The notes under the pieces: model-generated | The model's input: the letters and a program-made list of their open reading frames with translations, nothing else | Told to the model about the DNA's origin: nothing | The model's database searches: none | Translations under genes and position numbers: made by a program | Shown: positions 30,001 through 40,943 of the stretch, piece by piece | Layout of the letters: the number at the start of each line of letters is the position of its first letter | Position numbering within the stretch: position 1 is the first letter of the stretch | Assembly: GCA_050950825.1 (NCBI GenBank) | Contig: JBMNIH010000004.1 | Coordinates: 1-64,000, forward strand | DNA: 64,000 nt | From: Clostridia bacterium | GTDB taxonomy: Bacteria > Bacillota > Clostridia > JAAYHZ01 | Direction of reading: 5' to 3'

Positions 30001-31185
30001 ATGTCAAAGGGCAGATTCGGAATATACGGAGGCCAATATATTCCGGAGTTATTGATGAACGCGGTTATCGAGCTGGAAGAAGCCTACAACCGCTTAAAAA
30101 ACGATCCGAAATTTAATGAAGAACTGGATGATCTTCTGACCAATTATGCAGGTCGCCCTTCTCTTCTGTACTATGCGGAAAAAATGACGAAGGATTTGGG
30201 CGGAGCTAAAATCTATTTAAAAAGAGAGGATTTAAATCACACGGGCTCTCATAAAATCAACAACGTATTAGGGCAGGTGCTGCTTGCAAAATATATGGGG
30301 AAAACCCGTGTCATCGCCGAGACGGGAGCCGGACAGCACGGCGTTGCCACCGCAACGGCGGCGGCCCTTATGGGAATGGAATGCGAAATCTTTATGGGCA
30401 AGGAGGATACGGACCGCCAAGCCCTTAACGTATACCGTATGAAGCTGTTAGGTGCAAAGGTCCATGCGGTGACAAGCGGAACCCAAACATTGAAGGATGC
30501 GGTTAACGAAACGATGCGAGAATGGTGCAGACGCGTGGAGGACACCCATTATGTATTAGGCTCTGCCGTAGGTCCTCATCCTTTTCCCGTCCTCGTGCGT
30601 GATTTTCAAAGCGTTATCGGAAAAGAAGTCCGAAAGCAAATATTGGAGAAGGAAGGCAGGCTTCCCGATGCATTGGTGGCCTGCGTCGGAGGAGGCAGCA
30701 ATGCCATCGGTATTTTCCACGATTTTATTAACGAGCCGAACGTCCGCCTTATCGGCTGCGAAGCCGCAGGCCACGGTATCCACACGGATAAAAATGCGGC
30801 TACACTGACCATGGGGAAGGCGGGAATATTCCACGGCATGAAATCCTATTTCTGCCAAGACGAGTACGGGCAGATCGCACCGGTTTACTCCATTTCCGCA
30901 GGTCTGGACTACCCGGGGGTAGGGCCCGAGCATTCGTATCTATTCGATATCGGTAGAGCGGAATACGTTCCGGTAACGGACGATGAAGCCGTCGAAGCCT
31001 TTGAATATTTGTCCCGTACCGAAGGTATCATTCCGGCTATCGAAAGCGCTCATGCGGTGGCTTATGCAAGAAAATTGGCACCGGCTATGGGCAAGGATCA
31101 AATTATGGTTATTAATATATCCGGAAGAGGTGACAAGGACGTTGCTTCCATAGCACGCTACAGGGGGGTGGATATCTGTGAATAG
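30001..31185 (+). CDS. trpB: Tryptophan synthase beta chain
   Basis: [14 protein letters not shown] (PLP Lys85), [30 protein letters not shown]. Confidence 0.98.
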   Translation: MSKGRFGIYGGQYIPELLMNAVIELEEAYNRLKNDPKFNEELDDLLTNYAGRPSLLYYAEKMTKDLGGAKIYLKREDLNHTGSHKINNVLGQVLLAKYMGKTRVIAETGAGQHGVATATAAALMGMECEIFMGKEDTDRQALNVYRMKLLGAKVHAVTSGTQTLKDAVNETMREWCRRVEDTHYVLGSAVGPHPFPVLVRDFQSVIGKEVRKQILEKEGRLPDALVACVGGGSNAIGIFHDFINEPNVRLIGCEAAGHGIHTDKNAATLTMGKAGIFHGMKSYFCQDEYGQIAPVYSISAGLDYPGVGPEHSYLFDIGRAEYVPVTDDEAVEAFEYLSRTEGIIPAIESAHAVAYARKLAPAMGKDQIMVINISGRGDKDVASIARYRGVDICE

Positions 31186-31954
31186 AATCAATCAAGTATT
31201 TGCGAACGGGAAAGCTTTCATTCCCTTTATAACCGCAGGGTATCCTTCGATTGAGACAACGGAGCATATGATCATCCGCATGGCGGAAAACGGTGCCGAT
31301 TTGATCGAACTGGGAATTCCTTTTTCCGATCCTACCGCCGAGGAGCAGGTAATCCAAGATGCCAACATACGCGCTTTGGCCGGCGGGGTTACGGTAGATA
31401 AAATATTCGATATGCTAAAAAGAGTGCGTAAGACCTGCAGCGTACCTATTGTTTTTATGACGTACGCGAATCCGGTCTTTGCTTACGATCCGGATAAATT
31501 CTTAAGCCGTTGCAAGGAAGTCCGGGTAGACGCCCTTTTTATACCGGACCTTCCCTTTGAAGAAAAAGAGGAGTTTTTGCCTTATTGCTCGAAGTACGAC
31601 ATTTTCTTAATATCCATGGTTGCGCCTTCTTCCAAGGACCGTATACATATGATTGCCGAAGGTGCACAAGGCTTTGTTTATTGCGTACCTTCCATGGAAG
31701 AGCTTTCAAAGGATAAGGAGCTTGTATGCGACGTGAAGGAAATGGTCCGTCTTGTAAAAGAAACGCAGGACATCCCTTGTGTCGTAGGTTTGGGGAATTC
31801 TTCTTTTGAGAAAGCGGCGGAAGCGGCGGCGTTTTCCGACGGGGTTATCGTAAGCGGCGATATGATGAACATCGTCGAAAGGTACGGAAAGGATTGCGTA
31901 CCCTATGCCGCAGAATATGTCGCGACAATGAAAAAGAAGATACAATCCGTATAG
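31178..31954 (+). CDS. trpA: TrpA paralogue with degenerate active-site loops
   Basis: Full-length and close to the first TrpA, but AEEQVIQ, PSMEELS, VGLGNS and SGD replace AEGPVIQ, SSIGTTG, VGFGIS and GSA. Confidence 0.88.
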   Translation: MNRINQVFANGKAFIPFITAGYPSIETTEHMIIRMAENGADLIELGIPFSDPTAEEQVIQDANIRALAGGVTVDKIFDMLKRVRKTCSVPIVFMTYANPVFAYDPDKFLSRCKEVRVDALFIPDLPFEEKEEFLPYCSKYDIFLISMVAPSSKDRIHMIAEGAQGFVYCVPSMEELSKDKELVCDVKEMVRLVKETQDIPCVVGLGNSSFEKAAEAAAFSDGVIVSGDMMNIVERYGKDCVPYAAEYVATMKKKIQSV

Positions 31955-31972
31955 CGATAAATCTTTATGACG

Positions 31973-31998
31973 AGGACAATCCGGACCGATTGTCCTTT
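31973..31998 (+). terminator. Probable terminator of trp unit 2
   Basis: AGGACAATC/GATTGTCCT stem plus short T-run. Confidence 0.55.
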
Positions 31999-32027
31999 GA
32001 ATTTTCTTGAACGGGAAGGAAGATTAT

Positions 32028-33761
32028 ATGAACTTAAGAGAATTCCTGCGGAAGGCGGATGAAATAATAGACGACATGGATGTAGAAGAACTGAAGTGTT
32101 GTTTGCATAATATGGCAAGAAGGACACCGGAAAAACAAAGAGAATCGTTTCTATTGTCGCTTGAGGACAGCTTTGTACAAGTTTATCAAAAGGGTAGTGG
32201 AGCAAAAAGAACGTATTGAAGATTATTGTCGGATGAGACGGTAGAAGAAAAACTGCAAGAGCTTTATGATGCTTTTGAGAAAATAAACGAAGCTGAATTA
32301 TATATTTCGGCGGAGAGCCATGAGGAGTATTCCTATGGACCATGGCATGACGATTGGATATGGGGTTATGACGACAAGGTCGGTATCGGCGGCATTATTG
32401 AGGATGCGGTCCGATTTGCTCGGGATTGTATGAATGATTGCAGGTATGAAGAAGCGGTAACGATTATCAACCGGGTTATGGAAGTATCCGTCACTGTCAT
32501 TGATGAAAACATGGGGGATTCATTCGAGTTAAGCCTTGAGCAAATGGTCGAGGAGAATTTGGTTTATATAAGCTTAAAAGAACTAGCATTGAACGTATTG
32601 TATTCGGAATACCGTTTGCAGCCTATGGATAAACGTCCGGAAATCCTCTATGAATACTTTCAATACCCCTATTTCAAAGATATACATATTGAAGATATTT
32701 TCTCTGTCGGCAGAGAAGAGCTGACCGATACCGATGCGTTTTTGCAATCTTGGATCGATTATCTTATGCTCCAAAACGGTGAACCTTCAACACGTTTATT
32801 GAAGGAAGCCGCTTTGTATTTGTACGGATCCGACGGCTTAGTGGAAATTGCAAGAAAATGCTATACAAAGCATCCTTCCACTTATTTGGATGCCTTATTG
32901 GAATATGAGAAAGAGCATGGTTTCGAAAAAATGATAAAGATCGGATAAGAAGCTTTGGATAAATTGGATTCCGGTCTTGCAATACGGGGAGACATCGCTA
33001 TTAAAACGGCGCAGGCTTCTTATTGTATGAATGATTATGATTTTATGAGGGAATGCAGGTATGAAGCCTTTTGTTCAAATCCGACCGTAGCAAACTATTT
33101 AAGGCTTTTTGTTGACAAGGAATCGATTGAAAAATACAAAGGTCTTGCCGAAAAAAGAATAGAAGATTTATCTGAACCGGAAAAAAGACACATAATGGAA
33201 TACTCGTATAACTATGAATTCGAATCCGATTATCATTACCTGCAATTTTTTTCGGGACATTTTGATAAGGTTGTGGACCGATGCAAAAATCAAAAAGCTT
33301 CGTTGGGATGGACCGGCACATTCATTCCTCACGGAATCGATTTAATGCTTTTGTATCTATATGCGGAGCCTCATCCGAAGAAAGCCGTCAAAAGAATCGC
33401 GGACCGGGTAACGAATAGAATCGGGTTTGATAAGGCGAAAAACCTTTTGTTTTTCAAAGAGAATTATATTTTCGAAAAAGACGTATCGGAGCAAGAAAAA
33501 GGTGAAATATTTTGGAATACTTTTTTAAAGTGGAAGGAGAATTATTGGATACCGGATCACACCTTGAAGGAATATGTCGATTGGTTAGAGGGTGTTATTG
33601 ACGGAAGAATTCATGGCATTGTAGGCGGTAAATACAGAAGAAAATATGAGGATACGGCGTTACTTGCAGCCGCTATCGGGGAAGTGAAAGAATCTTTAGG
33701 AGAGAAACTAGCGAAATGGGATCTTTTAAACAAATACATGAAAGAATACTCGTGCTATTAA
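32028..33761 (+). pseudogene. Large helical hypothetical protein broken by in-frame stops
   Basis: Three track ORFs share one frame, separated only by TGA (32217) and TAA (32946). Confidence 0.75.
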
Positions 33762-33792
33762 ATGATTATTTGCGGAAAAGAATAATGGGACT

Positions 33793-35772
33793 TCAATTGG
33801 TCTGATAGATTACCGGTCCGTTTTCAATGGACCGGTACAGCTTGTACCCGTTGTCCACCAAGAAATCTATAAGGCTCTCAATATCGGAGCTTTCCTCGTC
33901 GGTTATAAATTCTTGATAATCATCGGCAGCGGAGATGCCCAAAACCATATATCGGATTTCCGGCAAGTTCTCCGAAGAGCAAAGACGAGTAACGTCCGGG
34001 ATTTCTTGTTTTTTAACGGCAAATTTCTGAAAATTGTCGGCATCATATGCTCCCAGAACTACATACCGGCTTTCCAAAAGATGTTCTAGGGAACAGTAAT
34101 GCAAATCATACAGGATTTCTCGTTGGGAAAGATAGGCGGTGTAAAAAGTGCCGGCGGCTACAGGGGCTTCTTCCGGGATTTCGTCCAGTACATTACGGAT
34201 ATTCCGGTAATAATCGTAGTTTCGTAGGGCTTGTACAGGATAATACATGGCTTTCGGTACGACAAGAACGGCAAAACACATCCCGCAGACAACGGTCGCC
34301 GTAACCAAAGCAAAGCTGCGATGCCAATGGATTTTTAAGTCCGCTAAATTTACGACGGTAAGATAGATAAGAAAGGCAAACGGACCGAAAGTATACTGGA
34401 AAAAGATATCGTGCTGGTACGGATAGTCCGACATCAGGTTTATCAAGATATAGGGAATCAGCAAAAAGTATCGCTCATACCGCCGTGTCAAAAGAGGCAG
34501 CCCTAAAAGCGGCAAAAGTGTCAAGGCAATAAACCGCAGCTTGTCCTTATCTGTGCATTCATAAACGGCTTTCATGGGATTTAGGATTACCGACTTGATT
34601 ACGGCAATCAACGATGACGAGCCGTCGTACATGAAGTTATCGTATCGATACGTCATAATACCTTCTCCGTTTTTTACAAGATACTCCGTAACCGTGTAGA
34701 ACCATGCAAGGGAGATTGCGAGCATCGCTATACCGATAAAGAGGTTTTGAATTTCGGACTTTTGGAATCGGAGGACGGACTTGATGATGAGCCAAAGGGC
34801 AATCACGGCAACGTAGACCGCCCCATCTTCTTTTACCGTCAGCGTAAGAATCGATGCAAGGAAAGTTACCGTGATATTTTTCTTGTCGATGCCGTAAAAC
34901 AACCAAAGAAGCAACGGCGTAAGAAAACAGTTTTCGTGAATATCAAAGCTTGTACCGCCGGAGTACGAAGGATAAAGGAACAGTACCGTACAAATCAACA
35001 TCCTTTGTACGGGAGTTAGACCGTGATGTTTTCCAATCTTCCAAAGAGGGATAACCGCCGATGTAATGACCGCAGCTTGTAGCACTTGCAAGGTAGCGGG
35101 ATCGGGAACAAGGCGGTAGAAAGGAAGCATAACATAAAAGATCGGAGATACATGAACGGCAAAGTGAGACAGTATACCGTCGCGCTCCAACGTGGTCAAG
35201 GGCAGGCCGTATTGATTCATGTAGTAGAACATTTGAGAAAAGATACCGAAGTCATAGGTAGGGGTACAAAAGCAATAAAATCGCCCTACCGTCCATGCGC
35301 TGACAAACAGGAAAAATGCAATCGATAATCCTGCGGTGATTCCAAGATAAACTTTCCGTTCTTTCTTCGATCCCGGTTCCGTAACAGGATCTCGGTTATC
35401 GTGACCGAATATGCCGTATACCGTGAGCAATGAAAAAATTAAGATACAGGCGGTAAGAAACGCCCATGAAAAGGATGCCCGAAGTGCGAGAACGGACAGT
35501 AAGAAAAAGACGGCGACAATGCACCGACGCTCAAAGATAACGGTGCTTACAAATCGGGAAACACCAAAAAGAAAAATAAAGGCACTAAGAGTGATTATGA
35601 TTGTCCGATGGAAAGACATAAAAGCAAGGCCGATGGAATCGGACAAATCCCGCAGCGTACCGGGCAGAAGGAAATATTCCATCGTAACGGCAATTAACCA
35701 TGCAAGAATGATTCGACGAAAAATGCCGGGAATGTCCGGTTTTCTTTGGATGCATAATCTGTATTTTGTCAT
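33793..35772 (-). CDS. DUF2079 multi-TM protein (GT-C glycosyltransferase-like)
   Basis: DFGIFSQ, HFAVHVSPI, DIHE, KED, FQY motifs; many TM helices. Confidence 0.82.
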   Translation of the reverse strand: MTKYRLCIQRKPDIPGIFRRIILAWLIAVTMEYFLLPGTLRDLSDSIGLAFMSFHRTIIITLSAFIFLFGVSRFVSTVIFERRCIVAVFFLLSVLALRASFSWAFLTACILIFSLLTVYGIFGHDNRDPVTEPGSKKERKVYLGITAGLSIAFFLFVSAWTVGRFYCFCTPTYDFGIFSQMFYYMNQYGLPLTTLERDGILSHFAVHVSPIFYVMLPFYRLVPDPATLQVLQAAVITSAVIPLWKIGKHHGLTPVQRMLICTVLFLYPSYSGGTSFDIHENCFLTPLLLWLFYGIDKKNITVTFLASILTLTVKEDGAVYVAVIALWLIIKSVLRFQKSEIQNLFIGIAMLAISLAWFYTVTEYLVKNGEGIMTYRYDNFMYDGSSSLIAVIKSVILNPMKAVYECTDKDKLRFIALTLLPLLGLPLLTRRYERYFLLIPYILINLMSDYPYQHDIFFQYTFGPFAFLIYLTVVNLADLKIHWHRSFALVTATVVCGMCFAVLVVPKAMYYPVQALRNYDYYRNIRNVLDEIPEEAPVAAGTFYTAYLSQREILYDLHYCSLEHLLESRYVVLGAYDADNFQKFAVKKQEIPDVTRLCSSENLPEIRYMVLGISAADDYQEFITDEESSDIESLIDFLVDNGYKLYRSIENGPVIYQTN

Positions 35773-35799
35773 TTAAAACACCCCCTGTACCGCATGGCG

Positions 35800-37453
35800 T
35801 AGTGTCAAAAATTCTGAACGAATTTTGACCTAAACCATCTATTTCACTGGCTTTCACCAGTTATTCTTGTATCCCCCCTGAAAATTGGAAAATATCCAGA
35901 GTTTATTTATGTTTTTATTGTTATTTTATAGCAGCAGTAGTTGTTGTGGAGCTTGTGGTAAAGTTTATTGTGGCTTAGAATTGCTTGCTGAAGGTTGTGG
36001 GCAAAATTGTGGGTAAGGTGTGGGAAACCCTTCAGGGTTTTCCATGGTTTATCCATGATTTTGGTTATAGTCTTAAGTAGTGGTGTAAATTTCGTGGAGT
36101 ATGCTTGACAAGAGTAACCACGATATGATTTTTACTTTATTAGATTCAAACAAAAAAGATAAAGTAAAGGAGGTCATACCGTGGCTACTAAAAATAGAAT
36201 GTCACTTTTAGAGCAACTTAGCAAGTATGTTGTTGAAAAAGATAAGGATTTTTTAAAGGAAGCGCTTACGCTGTTAATCAATGCTCTGATGGATGCGGAA
36301 GTTACGTCGATGATCGGTGCGGAAAAGTATGAACGAAGTGAGAATCGGAACAATCATCGTAATGGATACCGACAAAGAGAATGGGATACTCGCCTTGGTA
36401 CGTTACAGTTAAGCATACCCAAATTGAGGCATGGAAGCTATTTCCCAAGTTTATTAGAGCCTCGGAAGATGTCAGAAAAAGCTTTATTAAATGTGGTGCA
36501 GGAAGCTTATGTGCACGGTGTCAGCACTAGAAAAGTAGATGAGTTGGTAGAATCTCTCGGAATTAAAGGGATGGATAAAAGCGAAGTTTCCGGGATCAGC
36601 AAGCAATTGGATGGCTTTGTCACCGAGTTCAAGAACCGCATACTCGAAGGAGAATACCCTTATCTTTGGCTTGATGCTACTTTTCCTAAGGTTCGTGAAG
36701 GTGGAAGAGTATGCAGTATGGCACTTGTAATAGCCGTAGGTGTAAATCAGTCCGGTGAACGAGAGATACTAGGTTTTGATGTCGGCATGAGTGAAGACGG
36801 AGCTTTTTGGGAAGAGTTTCTGAGAAAGCTTGTAGCAAGGGGACTTAAAGGGGTGAAGTTAGTTGTAAGTGATGCCCATGAGGGGTTAAAATCCGCCATA
36901 AAGAAGGTTTTAACCGGGAGCACATGGCAAAGATGCCGAGTACATTTTATGCGGAACGTATTAAGCCAAGTGCCGAAGAAGTGCCAAGGAATGGTCTCCT
37001 CAATCATACGCACCATTTTTGCACAAAATGATCAGGAATCCGCAAGGGAACAGCTAAGACATGTGGTAGATGAACTGAGGGGGCGTTTTCCGAAAGCAAT
37101 GGAAATCCTTGAAGCAGCCGAAGAGGATATATTGGCGTATATGGCCTTTCCCCGTGAGCATTGGATACAGATTCATTCTACGAATCCATTGGAACGGCTT
37201 AATCGTGAGATACGCCGTCGGACTGATGTTGTATGCATATTTCCTAATCGTGATGCCGTTATTCGCCTTGTAGGTACTATGCTTATGGAGCAGAACGATG
37301 AATGGCAGGTAGGGCGGCGATACTTCAGTTTAGAATCTATGGAAAAGCTTACACAGGCTAATGGGTTTTCATTAGCTCCGATTGCTATCTTACATAAATG
37401 AAACGAAGGGAAGATAAAGTAGAAATCATTTTACACCACTTGACAAGACACTA
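35800..37453 (+). mobile_element. IS256 family element
   Basis: Transposase; termini TAGTGTC (35800) and GACACTA (37453); right end TTTTACACCACTTGAC; left boundary uncertain, no TSD seen. Confidence 0.75.
36181..37401 (+). CDS. IS256 family transposase
   Basis: RNGYR, YVHGVSTRKV, LWLDA, SDAH.GL, WQRCRVHFMRN, STNPLERLNREIRRRT. Confidence 0.96.
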   Translation: MATKNRMSLLEQLSKYVVEKDKDFLKEALTLLINALMDAEVTSMIGAEKYERSENRNNHRNGYRQREWDTRLGTLQLSIPKLRHGSYFPSLLEPRKMSEKALLNVVQEAYVHGVSTRKVDELVESLGIKGMDKSEVSGISKQLDGFVTEFKNRILEGEYPYLWLDATFPKVREGGRVCSMALVIAVGVNQSGEREILGFDVGMSEDGAFWEEFLRKLVARGLKGVKLVVSDAHEGLKSAIKKVLTGSTWQRCRVHFMRNVLSQVPKKCQGMVSSIIRTIFAQNDQESAREQLRHVVDELRGRFPKAMEILEAAEEDILAYMAFPREHWIQIHSTNPLERLNREIRRRTDVVCIFPNRDAVIRLVGTMLMEQNDEWQVGRRYFSLESMEKLTQANGFSLAPIAILHK

Positions 37454-37763
37454 TCGATACTTATTTGATTACACGTATTTTGATAGAGCGAGTACAAGCC
37501 GATATAACTATATGAGTGTTTACAAGGAAAATAATAGTTTTTATATCAAGTTAAATTTACAGGTAAGATTTAAATAAAAAAATATGTTTTTTTTACTTTT
37601 ATTTTTAATATATCTGTCATAACCGGTTAAGTAGTTACTCCGTTTCTCAGCCAAAATCTTAGAAGTAAACAATTCTTAACGGAAAAGTCATTATAATGCT
37701 TCTTGGCGAATTCCCAATAAAAATCAATTTTTATATCAGAAGTTTTAGAAAGAGAATTTTATA

Positions 37764-37789
37764 TGTAACATTTGGCATTCTATCTCGTC
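37764..37789 (+). promoter_or_regulatory. Probable autoregulatory ECF promoter
   Basis: TGTAAC-16nt-CGTC upstream of the ECF gene. Confidence 0.6.
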
Positions 37790-37833
37790 TTTATATTTGT
37801 AAACACTCGGCCGAGGAAGAAGGTATTCTTTTT

Positions 37834-38367
37834 ATGACGGAGGTAGAAGAAAACAAAAAGGTGGAAGGTGTCATGACAATCGAAGAATTATGCCGTGAAT
37901 ATTGGGAGCCCCTTTACCGTTTTGTGTACTATAAAGTCCAAAATCGTGAAGAAGCGGAAGACATCACCCAAGAGACATTTGTTAAGGCAATTTCATACAT
38001 ACAAGAGAACAGAACGGAAGTCGAAAACATCATCGGGTTTGTAAAAACCGTTGCTTTAAATGTCTTGAGGGATCGATGGCGAAAATACAAGCGAAGAGGA
38101 AATACCGGCAATTTGGATGATATCAGCCAAGGCTATGCAGCCGTCAATGACTACAGCGAAAGCACGGTACAGAGGGACTTGATTCTTCATGCTTTATCAA
38201 AGCTGAATGAAAAACAAAAAAGCTGCATCGAGCTTCGTATACTACAAGGATATACGGTCCCGGAAACAGCCCAAATGATGGGTATAAGCGAAGGGAACGT
38301 AAGGGTCCTGCAATATCGAGCGCTTCAGCGGCTTTCAAAGATCCTAAAAAGCGATGATGTCGATTAA
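37834..38367 (+). CDS. ECF RNA polymerase sigma factor
   Basis: AEDITQETF, A.N...DRWR, ETAQMMGISEGNVRVLQYRAL; start could be 37873. Confidence 0.9.
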   Translation: MTEVEENKKVEGVMTIEELCREYWEPLYRFVYYKVQNREEAEDITQETFVKAISYIQENRTEVENIIGFVKTVALNVLRDRWRKYKRRGNTGNLDDISQGYAAVNDYSESTVQRDLILHALSKLNEKQKSCIELRILQGYTVPETAQMMGISEGNVRVLQYRALQRLSKILKSDDVD

Positions 38368-38381
38368 CGGAGGGATGTGCG

Positions 38382-40085
38382 ATGAATCGAAGGATTAATA
38401 AATTATCGAAATATATTGATACATTAAACGAAGAACGAAAACCGAAAGAACACGAAAACAAAAAGGAATCTCCTGAAATGGAGGAGCTTTTCGAAACGGT
38501 GCGGCAGGTCCGGAGTCTAAAAGACCCAAAGCTTCCGGAGGAAGACTATGCCGAAAAACTGACTACCGTCGTGAAGTCCGGACAATCGAAGAAGAAAACG
38601 AAAAGGACTTCAAAAAGAACCCGGTATGTCGGATTGGCTGCCGTTGCCGCCGTTTTGGTTTTCATCATTGTCCTCAATACGGTAGGACCGTTTGCTCGGC
38701 CGAATATCGTGCAAGCAATGGAACAAGCCTTTTTGCAAATCGGTGCTTACCATGGAATTGTGGAAGTGATAGAGACCAATGCGGAAGGAGAATCGGTCAC
38801 GCAAACCAAGGTGGAAGTGTGGGCGGACAAGGAAGGCCGATATTACGTTAAAGGCATAGAGGGCTGGCAAAAGGATTTGGTAACGGCAAACGACGGTGAA
38901 ACCAAATGGCAAATCCGTCATGATGACAAGGAAGTGAAGCTGTTTTCCGCATTTCCGGATCCCTACGGCTTTACTTTTGAAATAGGTCAAGAAATCGAGG
39001 ACGCAAAAAAAGCCGAAAAAGTTGAAATCCTCGGTGATGACGTTATCGCGGGAAGAAAGACTTACATTATGGAGGTCACACCTAAAGGGGGAGCTCCGTA
39101 TAAAATTTGGATTGACAAGGAAACCAAAATGCCGCTGCAAAAGCAATCGGCAATGGAATATGCTCTTCAATATACAAAACGATACACGGAAATTGAGTTT
39201 ATCGACAGCATCCCGAAGGAGCTTATGACTCTCCGTATACCGGAAGGGTATATAAAAACGGAAAACAATCCGGAATATATCGTAACCGGTTTTGAGGAAG
39301 CGAAAGAATTGGCAGGATTTGTTCCGAAAATTCCCAAGCAATTGCCGGAATCGTTTATTCAACGCAGCATCGCGGTTTTAATAAAAGACGGGATTGTAAA
39401 AATAAATTATGCTTCATCCGACAATACGGATAAGATTACCGTACTGCAGAAAGAAGCGGATGAAACGTTCAAACCCTCCTCCATGGCCATATTGGGTAAA
39501 GTAAACGGAAATGCAGCGGAAATCCAATCGCCGATTCAAAATACGGCGGGAATCCTTCAGGGGGGAGGAGTCTATGCAAGCACAACGGGAATCCGGTCCA
39601 TCCGCTGGCAGCAAGAAGGTATGGAATATGCCGTCTACGGAAATGTATCTCTCGATGTATTGGCACGATTTGTTGAAGCATTGTCCGACGGTCCGGTAGA
39701 GATTCCGAAGCCTGAAGAACCTTTGACACAGGAGCCGAACCCGGAAGAAGCCCAAGATGAACCCACGATAAAGGTTCCGGTAGATTTGGAAGTTGAAAAA
39801 GGCGACCAAAAGAATGTGGATGCGGGGCACTCGCCTTGGAAGTTGGACCCGGTGTTTGTAGCACAAGTTTTTGTAAGCTTGCAAATGTCTCCGGAGGGAA
39901 TACAAGGAGATTATCCGATTGACTACGAAGACTTTACCATGGTCAAAAACGACGGAGTAAAAGCGATAGTGGAAACGGACAACAGCGAATCTCCCGTAAA
40001 GAGAGTATACTTGGAACGCTTGGTTCGCCAAGATGAAACGGGAATATGGACCGTGGTCGGGTATGATCCGAAAGAGGATGCCTAA
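38382..40085 (+). CDS. Putative anti-sigma factor with extracellular LolA-like/DUF4367-like domains
   Basis: Short cytosolic N-terminus, one TM, KIWIDKET.MPL, C-terminal GHSPWKLDP. Confidence 0.7.
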   Translation: MNRRINKLSKYIDTLNEERKPKEHENKKESPEMEELFETVRQVRSLKDPKLPEEDYAEKLTTVVKSGQSKKKTKRTSKRTRYVGLAAVAAVLVFIIVLNTVGPFARPNIVQAMEQAFLQIGAYHGIVEVIETNAEGESVTQTKVEVWADKEGRYYVKGIEGWQKDLVTANDGETKWQIRHDDKEVKLFSAFPDPYGFTFEIGQEIEDAKKAEKVEILGDDVIAGRKTYIMEVTPKGGAPYKIWIDKETKMPLQKQSAMEYALQYTKRYTEIEFIDSIPKELMTLRIPEGYIKTENNPEYIVTGFEEAKELAGFVPKIPKQLPESFIQRSIAVLIKDGIVKINYASSDNTDKITVLQKEADETFKPSSMAILGKVNGNAAEIQSPIQNTAGILQGGGVYASTTGIRSIRWQQEGMEYAVYGNVSLDVLARFVEALSDGPVEIPKPEEPLTQEPNPEEAQDEPTIKVPVDLEVEKGDQKNVDAGHSPWKLDPVFVAQVFVSLQMSPEGIQGDYPIDYEDFTMVKNDGVKAIVETDNSESPVKRVYLERLVRQDETGIWTVVGYDPKEDA

Positions 40086-40174
40086 GTCAAGAGCAATGCG
40101 AAACCGAACACCAAGGTTTTAGAGTATTATACTTGCTTCCCTCAAGTGTTTTGATTGATAGGGACGGTTCTCAA

Positions 40175-40222
40175 TTATGCCCGGCAGATGATTCCCGTTG
40201 GGTGATTCTGCCGGGCATAAAA
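40175..40222. terminator. 14-bp inverted repeat after the ECF operon
   Basis: TTATGCCCGGCAGA / TCTGCCGGGCATAA. Confidence 0.6.
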
Positions 40223-40444
40223 ATGCGCTTCTCTCAGGTATATCCGCATTTATATTAATTCACGACCTGCGATTCCGAAATCAATTTGACAGTTCGATTT
40301 TCAGGTGTGATCTGTGATAGCAATTCATCTTATATGAAATTACGGTACCTTGTTTTGCTTTACGAAACCGGGCCGGTAATATATAATTTTTTTATGTACC
40401 GCTTATCTTTCACAGGAAATAAAGATTGAGACGGGGTAGAGGAT

Positions 40445-40925
40445 ATGAAAAGGAAGAATAAACGAATTAGTTTCCTTTTAGCCGTTATTATGGCATTGAT
40501 TTTAATGCTGCCTCTCTTAGTATTTTCAATAAACGGAGATTGTGAAGAAATAACCGTAGAAGAGGCTATGAAAGCGCTTAAAGTAAAAAAATACGCTTTA
40601 TGCCATAGTAACAGATGTTTATTATACCTTCCAAGGGGCGGATGATTTTGTATCGCTGCTTCGTATGGACGCATGGAAAAAAGTGAACTCTTCTTCAAAA
40701 GAAAGCCCTTCCATTTCCATACATTTATTCGAGCAGTACAATATCTACTTATATTACGACGGAATGGCTTCGATCTACTATGGCTATGCCGGCCTTTTGG
40801 AAAACAAGGAAGCCTTTTATTCCGTCCCGGAAGGTACGGCCGAAACCGTTCAAGAATATGTTGCCCGATACGGTACGGTTACCAAACACGGAGTGAATTC
40901 TTCGACATTTGCAAAAGAAGGTTAA
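40445..40925 (+). pseudogene. Exported hypothetical protein, frameshifted
   Basis: Signal/TM ORF at 40445 joins the frame of the 40665 ORF near the A-run at ~40585-40591. Confidence 0.6.
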
Positions 40926-40943
40926 TCTAGCGAGGTTTTAAAC

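Noticed and set aside
38610-40031. Long antisense ORFs (250 and 205 aa; similarly 57035-57727)
   Set aside because: Shadows of well-supported genes on the opposite strand, with no motifs.
40158-40172. GGGACGGTTCT REP-like word
   Set aside because: Single copy with no partner repeat or tyrosine transposase in the window.
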